A DNA stretch of 53,844 bases from Nemertoderma westbladi. Its lineage: Eukaryota > Animalia > Xenacoelomorpha. Shown here in pieces: positions 48,427 through 53,844 of this stretch (within the stretch, counting starts at the first letter, position 1; the number at the start of each line of letters is the position of its first letter). The notes under the pieces are model-generated. The model ran no database searches. It saw only the letters and a program-made list of their open reading frames with translations, and was not told where the DNA came from. The stretch is from NCBI GenBank assembly GCA_032718475.1, contig JAUCBJ010003873.1:1-53844 (forward strand), given 5' to 3'. Made by a program: the position numbers and the translations under genes.

Positions 48427-51400
48427 ATGTCTGATACTAAGCAGAACCTGTCAGACAGTATATTAGATGTAACTATCTGCGACTCAGATAGAGGCGTAGA
48501 ACCACCTAGTCGTAAGTTCAGTTCACCTCCCACTGTGAGGAAAGTCATCCCTCCAGTAGTAATAACAGAACCTAGGCTAGTCCAACATCGTAGGTCTATC
48601 ATAGGCACCCGAGCTCAAGTCAAGCGGGACCAAGAAGCAGCGGAACAGCAACAACCCGCGAGTCAAGAACTTATTCCTCAGCGGCCCAGCAGCTCCAGTA
48701 GTGAGGATACTGTAGAGCTGACACCCGAGCGCGGAGCAGAGATGACGGATGCGGTTTATACGGATCCCCTTCTCATCCTTCCTGCAGCCGTACTCACTAG
48801 GTTATTGATCGCGGTGGAAGAACACCAGATCGATTGGGCGAGAAGTCAACGGTCAACTAGAGATAGTTACGCGGGATACACGAGTGAAGAACTGAAGTCT
48901 ATTGTCGAGTCGCAATGGAACTTCCCCGGACCCGGACTCCCGTTTGATTTATCAGAAGCTGCCTGGGAAGACATACACTGGATGGGAGTAGCCAAGGAAA
49001 CCATCGATCCAGCTGTGTGGAAGAGGTCCGCAGCCGGATACGCACAGGGATTCTTCAGCTCTATGGAGCGAGTAAAAGAACAACTGTTTCAACAACCTCA
49101 AGGACCTCAAGAGCAGGGATCGCTGCTTTATCAAGTTAGGGAAAGAATTCTACGAATCAGGCTAATCTTATCGGCCTTTGAGGAGGCTTCTAAAAGAAGA
49201 CAAGACACGTCGTTGCAAGTTGCCGTAAAGACTTGGTTTCAACGGGTGAGTCGCCAGGTTCAAGGAGCAGCTCAGTGGAAAGCTCAGTTGGAGGAGTGCT
49301 CAACCCATGGAGAATCAACAGACGCTACTTTTTCCCAAGTGGAAAGTGAAGCGACGGCAGAGAAACCGCATAAGAGGGATGCCATTGACATCTATCTGTC
49401 AGACTATCAACGTTTTTTAGGTAATGACGAGTTGAGGAGAAGGTTAGAGGGACTTAGCCCTAATAGTGAAGGAACCAAGCTTGTGTTGGATGCCATCGAT
49501 GTGGAAATGAGGGCTGCGAATCAGGCTAAATTTGATGAACAACACTGACACGAGTCCAAGAAGAACAAGTAAAGAAAAAACGTATAGAAGACAGAAAGAA
49601 AGCAGCAGTGGTAGCTGCAGAAGCAGAAAGAAAAGCGGCAGCGGCAGAGGCAGCGGCAGAGGCAAAGGCGGCAGAGGCAGCGGCAGAGGCAAAAGCGGCA
49701 GCGGCAGAGGCAAAGGCGGCAGAGGCAGCGGCAGAGGCAAAGGCGGCAGAGGCAGCGGCAGAAGCAAAAGCGGCCGAAGCTGAAAGAAAGGCGGCAGAGG
49801 CAGTGGCAGAAGCAGAACGGAGAGCGACTGAAGAAACCACCCAATTAGAATTAGAAAACATTCAGGAGAATCAAGACTGCATAAATAAACAGTTAACAGC
49901 TAGTAATATGCAGATGATGAATCGATCTACTCCCAAAAGGCAGGGATATACATCATCTGAGGAAGGCGATACCACCGATACTGAAGGCAAAGGAAATAGA
50001 TCTCGTCTAAGCAGACGTAAAAGAACATTCCACCGTCAGAAATTGCCTGATTTGCCTCCAGCTGTTAGAAAGCAACTAAATAGCACCAACTTAGGCAGTA
50101 CAGAACCCACAGACCAAATAATTAAAATAGAAAGACTCCCTACAATAGTAGATGAGCCTGAAATAATTAGGCCTGTTCTCGAAATCACCCCTTCGGTGAT
50201 AGACACACCTGTGCTCCCTGAAACTACCTCTAAATTCCCTCTGCATAGCACTAAGCTACCTGTGCCCCGTAGAACTGCCCCAGAGACAGTTCAAGTCCTG
50301 GGTCCCAAGCGAAATATTCATAATTTGTCGCCCGTTGTCCATCGTCCGCCCGCTACAACGTTGGCGACTCCCGCTTCGGCGGTCGAATGGGTGGACGAGG
50401 GACGGCGGGGGATGGATATCCTGCTCGGGCAGATGCAGGAGACTGTCCAGCAATTCAAGGGCACAGTAAGGGAAAGTAGACTAGAGTTGCAAGAAGTGCA
50501 GCAAAGTATCGCGCTAGAGCGCGATAAATTAGTAAATACTCAAAGAGGTATACCACCACCCTCTGTAACAATGTGTCAACCTGTTAGGTCTGAAGTATCT
50601 CATGCGCAAGGTATGGAGCCTACACGCATATATACTGCTAGCGAAGTAGAAACTCCTATAGTGAACCCTATTAAGGGTAATTATAGACCTGTTGATAATG
50701 ACATTCCCTATAGAACTGATCATAATCCGAGAAATTTATATACCGATAACTCGATATTAAATAACACGATGGCCCAAGAAAGTTTTACGCGTCAAATGGC
50801 TAGAACCGAAGCCCGGCAAGCGGTAAAGGTGGGAGAGATCGTCAAGTTCAATGGAGATGAGATGAAATGGTTACCTTTTAATGAATATTACAAAGATAAC
50901 ATACAGAACTCTGTACTATCTAATGGAGAAAAACTTAGATACCTCATCGAGTGCTTGGAAGGATCTCCCAAGTTAATGGCGTTAAAGTTTATTGGACATC
51001 CAGACGGATTAAGACAAGTTTGGGATACACTAAACATCAGGTATGGTAATAGGAATAATATCGCTGGGTACTTATATGCAAAGTTAGTAGCGCCCCGAAA
51101 GTTTATTAGTAGTGGAATTATCGAGTTTTCCGATGAGATCCAGGAGATCTGCAGACAATTAGATTGGCTAGGTAAGTCTCATGAGTATCAGAACACTATG
51201 GTTATTAGAGCAGTGGCTTCTACTTTACCGAAAGGTGGAGTAGGTACACGCTGGGATAAGAAAGTGTTATATATGATGGAACAACAATGACGAGACCCTA
51301 CCATGGCTGATCTCATGTCATTCCTAGATGGAGAAGTGAAATTACAGCTCCTGAAACTGTCCAGAGAGAAGACACCGGAAAACAAGGTAAGTGAAAAACC

Positions 51401-53844
51401 CGTCTCTAGGAGAAAGGTAACACCAGTATGTTATACCGATGACGGCGAAAGCCAGACTTCTCAAGGAGAAGATAGCGGGAAGGACACGGATAGATCTTAT
51501 TACGTAAATAAAATGCCTAAAGATCAGGTAAGTAAATTCAAGTCTCGAGCAAATGACAGGAGAGAACAGGTAAGAAAAACTCCTCCCACGTCTCCCAAGA
51601 GAATTCAGGTGAGAAAGCCCGAAGAAAAGGCAAGTGTACACAATGTGACTCAGAATAAGGTAAGTAACATCAAACCGAAATGTGCGCTGTGTGACGGGAC
51701 CCACTATTTGAATAGGTGTGATGAATTTCTAAAGAAATCATTAACAGAGAGACGCGAAGTCATGTGGGATAAGCGGTTATGTTATAATTGCCTCCGACAA
51801 GGACACCAACGGCGAACCTGTTTCTCTGACATAAGGTGTGCAAAGTGTGGTGCGAAACATCATATCTTGTTGCACGCTGAATTCGATCGAAATAGTCCGA
51901 ATCAGGTGAGTGATTCCGAGTTACATGTCCAATTCAGTGATGTGAACGACACTGATCAATCTGAGATGGAAGGATTCTATACAGACGAGTTCTCCGACGA
52001 AAACGAATCCTGTTACATGATAAATACCGCAGTGTATCGAGCACTCACATATGAAAAAGATACAGATAACGACTTTACTCTAACTACTTCTGAGCGACAA
52101 CCATCTTGGAAAGAGCCATCTTCCAATGTAGGGATCCGAGAGTTTCCTGTGGTGCAAGTAAGGGTTCACGGACCTGAGAGGAGTTATGTAGTGAACGCCC
52201 TCCTTGACTCCGGTAGTACAGGAACATTCATCGACAAAGAGCTAGCCGGAGATATATTTGCTGGACAACCCAAGTTCCAAACTAAGCTCAACATGTCAGG
52301 CATTATGCAAGTTTGGAAATCTACAATAACAGCTGATTATTATGTAGGAGCGTTGTCCACCCCCCAGGACGAACTAGGAGAACACAGCATAAGGTCAGTG
52401 AAAATGGTGGCTATAAAGAACTTCGCTACTACTCAAGCAGACCTTTATAATTGGGACGAGGATGAGAGCATCCAACATCTTAACATACCTCGATTCCAGA
52501 CTGATTATCCTGGAGTGCAAATACTCATCGGCCAAAACGCGCATGAGGCGCTGGAGACGTTAGAGAAACGGCCTGCTCAACCGCAGCCCCTACAGACCTA
52601 TGCGGTAAGAACTAGAGTAGGTTGGTACTTTACTGGCCCTTCCCGTAGAACACTCAGAGAAAGACTACCGCCAGAGAGCGTATGCCAGGTGAGTGAATGG
52701 GAAGATGATACCAGTGAGGGAGACAACTCAACTGAGGGAATTCCATACTCCTCAGATAATGACGACGTTCACCAGCTTTTTGATGAGGAGAATACCATCG
52801 ATCTCCTTAAGGAAAACGAGGCTTGGCAAAACCAAGTGAACTTATGTCAACTTCTCTATCCATCTGAACGAGAAGCTTATAACGACGAGTTAAATGACGT
52901 CATTGAGCGTTGCAATGCCAAGACTCGAGATGAACATGCTGTACGATTCTTTACGCAAGAGGCGGTAGAGCCCAATTCCTACGATAAAGCCTTGTCGGTG
53001 GAAGAGGAAAGGGCCAAGCAGATCCAAGAGACAACTACACGTTTCCTCAAAGATCAAGGTAGGTATGAAGTCGGTTTACCTTTCCGCAAGAGAGAACCGA
53101 AGTTCATCAATAACAGACCTTTGGCGGAAAAAAGAATCGCGCAACTCCATCGACGCCTTACGGCTAATTCTTCAGCTAAAGCAATGTATCAAACACAGCT
53201 GGAAAAATTTATTAGTAAGGGATACGCGGAGAGAGTACCGGAAGAAACACCTGTGACTGAAAGAACGTATTACTTAACTCACCATTACGTTCCTAAACCC
53301 GGTAAACCACACGAAGTGAGAGTAGTGTTTGATGGCTCCGCTCTTTACATGGGTCAATCCCTTAACTCTGAATTGTTACCCGGACCCAACTTGCTTCAAT
53401 CTTTGTTGGGAATTCTTTTAAGATTGAGACAATATTCGATTGCTTTCGCCTCCGATATAGAAGGCATGTTCTTACAAGTCAAGGTGTTAGATAGGGATCG
53501 AGATAGTCTACGATTTCTGTGGTGGCCCGAAGGAGATCTCAACCAGAAACCGGTGGAGTACTGGATGACCATCCAGGCCTTTGGGATAATCTCAAGCCCT
53601 TCCAACGCCTGTTCGGTAGTGCGTACTACTGCAGAGGACAACCGAGAGGCATTCTCTAAGGAAGTGATCGACAACATCAAGAGAGACATATACATGGACG
53701 ACAATCTGAAGTCCCTCCCATCAGTTGAGGAAGCCATTGAGGTCGCTAAGGGAACGGTAGAGTGCTTAAAAAGAGGTGGATTTCGATTAACCAAATTCAC
53801 CAGCAACTCCCGTGAGTTTCTGGAGTCGATCCCTGCGGAAGATC
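48427..53844 (+). pseudogene. Element B gag-pol (Gag, protease, RT); frameshift near 49545 and TGA at 51288-51290
   Basis: 373-aa and 560-aa ORFs, then a frame apparently open to the window end (ALLDSGSTGTFID; YMDD near 53691-53702); QQ*RDPTMAD versus QQRRSPTMAD in element A indicates CGA>TGA. Confidence 0.9.

Larger units (their letters stand above)
44959..53844 (+). mobile_element. BEL/Pao LTR retrotransposon B (5' part; runs off the window)
   Basis: LTR termini homologous to element A; 2.26 kb leader; gag-pol with BEL RT motifs VRVVFDGS, SLNSELLPGPNL, ASDIEGMFLQV, LRFLW, YMDD. Confidence 0.95.

Overview
AT-rich, repeat-dense animal (invertebrate-type) genomic DNA; the taxon cannot be fixed from sequence alone. 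It holds two host genes, both on the minus strand: LSM12 (uninterrupted CDS, 4952-5635) and SPRTN (3 coding exons, 33344-36385). The rest is mostly mobile DNA. There are two related BEL/Pao LTR retrotransposons. Element A (17579-30141, minus) is complete with near-identical 1.26 kb LTRs and a CTGTG target-site duplication, but RT and integrase are deleted and it carries an extra zinc-knuckle ORF. Element B (44959 to beyond the window end, plus) is inserted just after the catalytic motif of an RTE-type LINE. Also present are several MITEs, a tRNA-derived SINE, a foldback-like satellite element and minisatellites. Top finding: neither BEL/Pao element has a tRNA-type primer-binding site. In each, the 11-12 nt directly after the 5' LTR are perfectly complementary to a site at the homologous position inside its own LTR, and the two elements use different, co-varying sequences. 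This is the geometry of Tf1-type self-primed reverse transcription, here in a BEL/Pao family. All alignments were done by eye; no database search was run.
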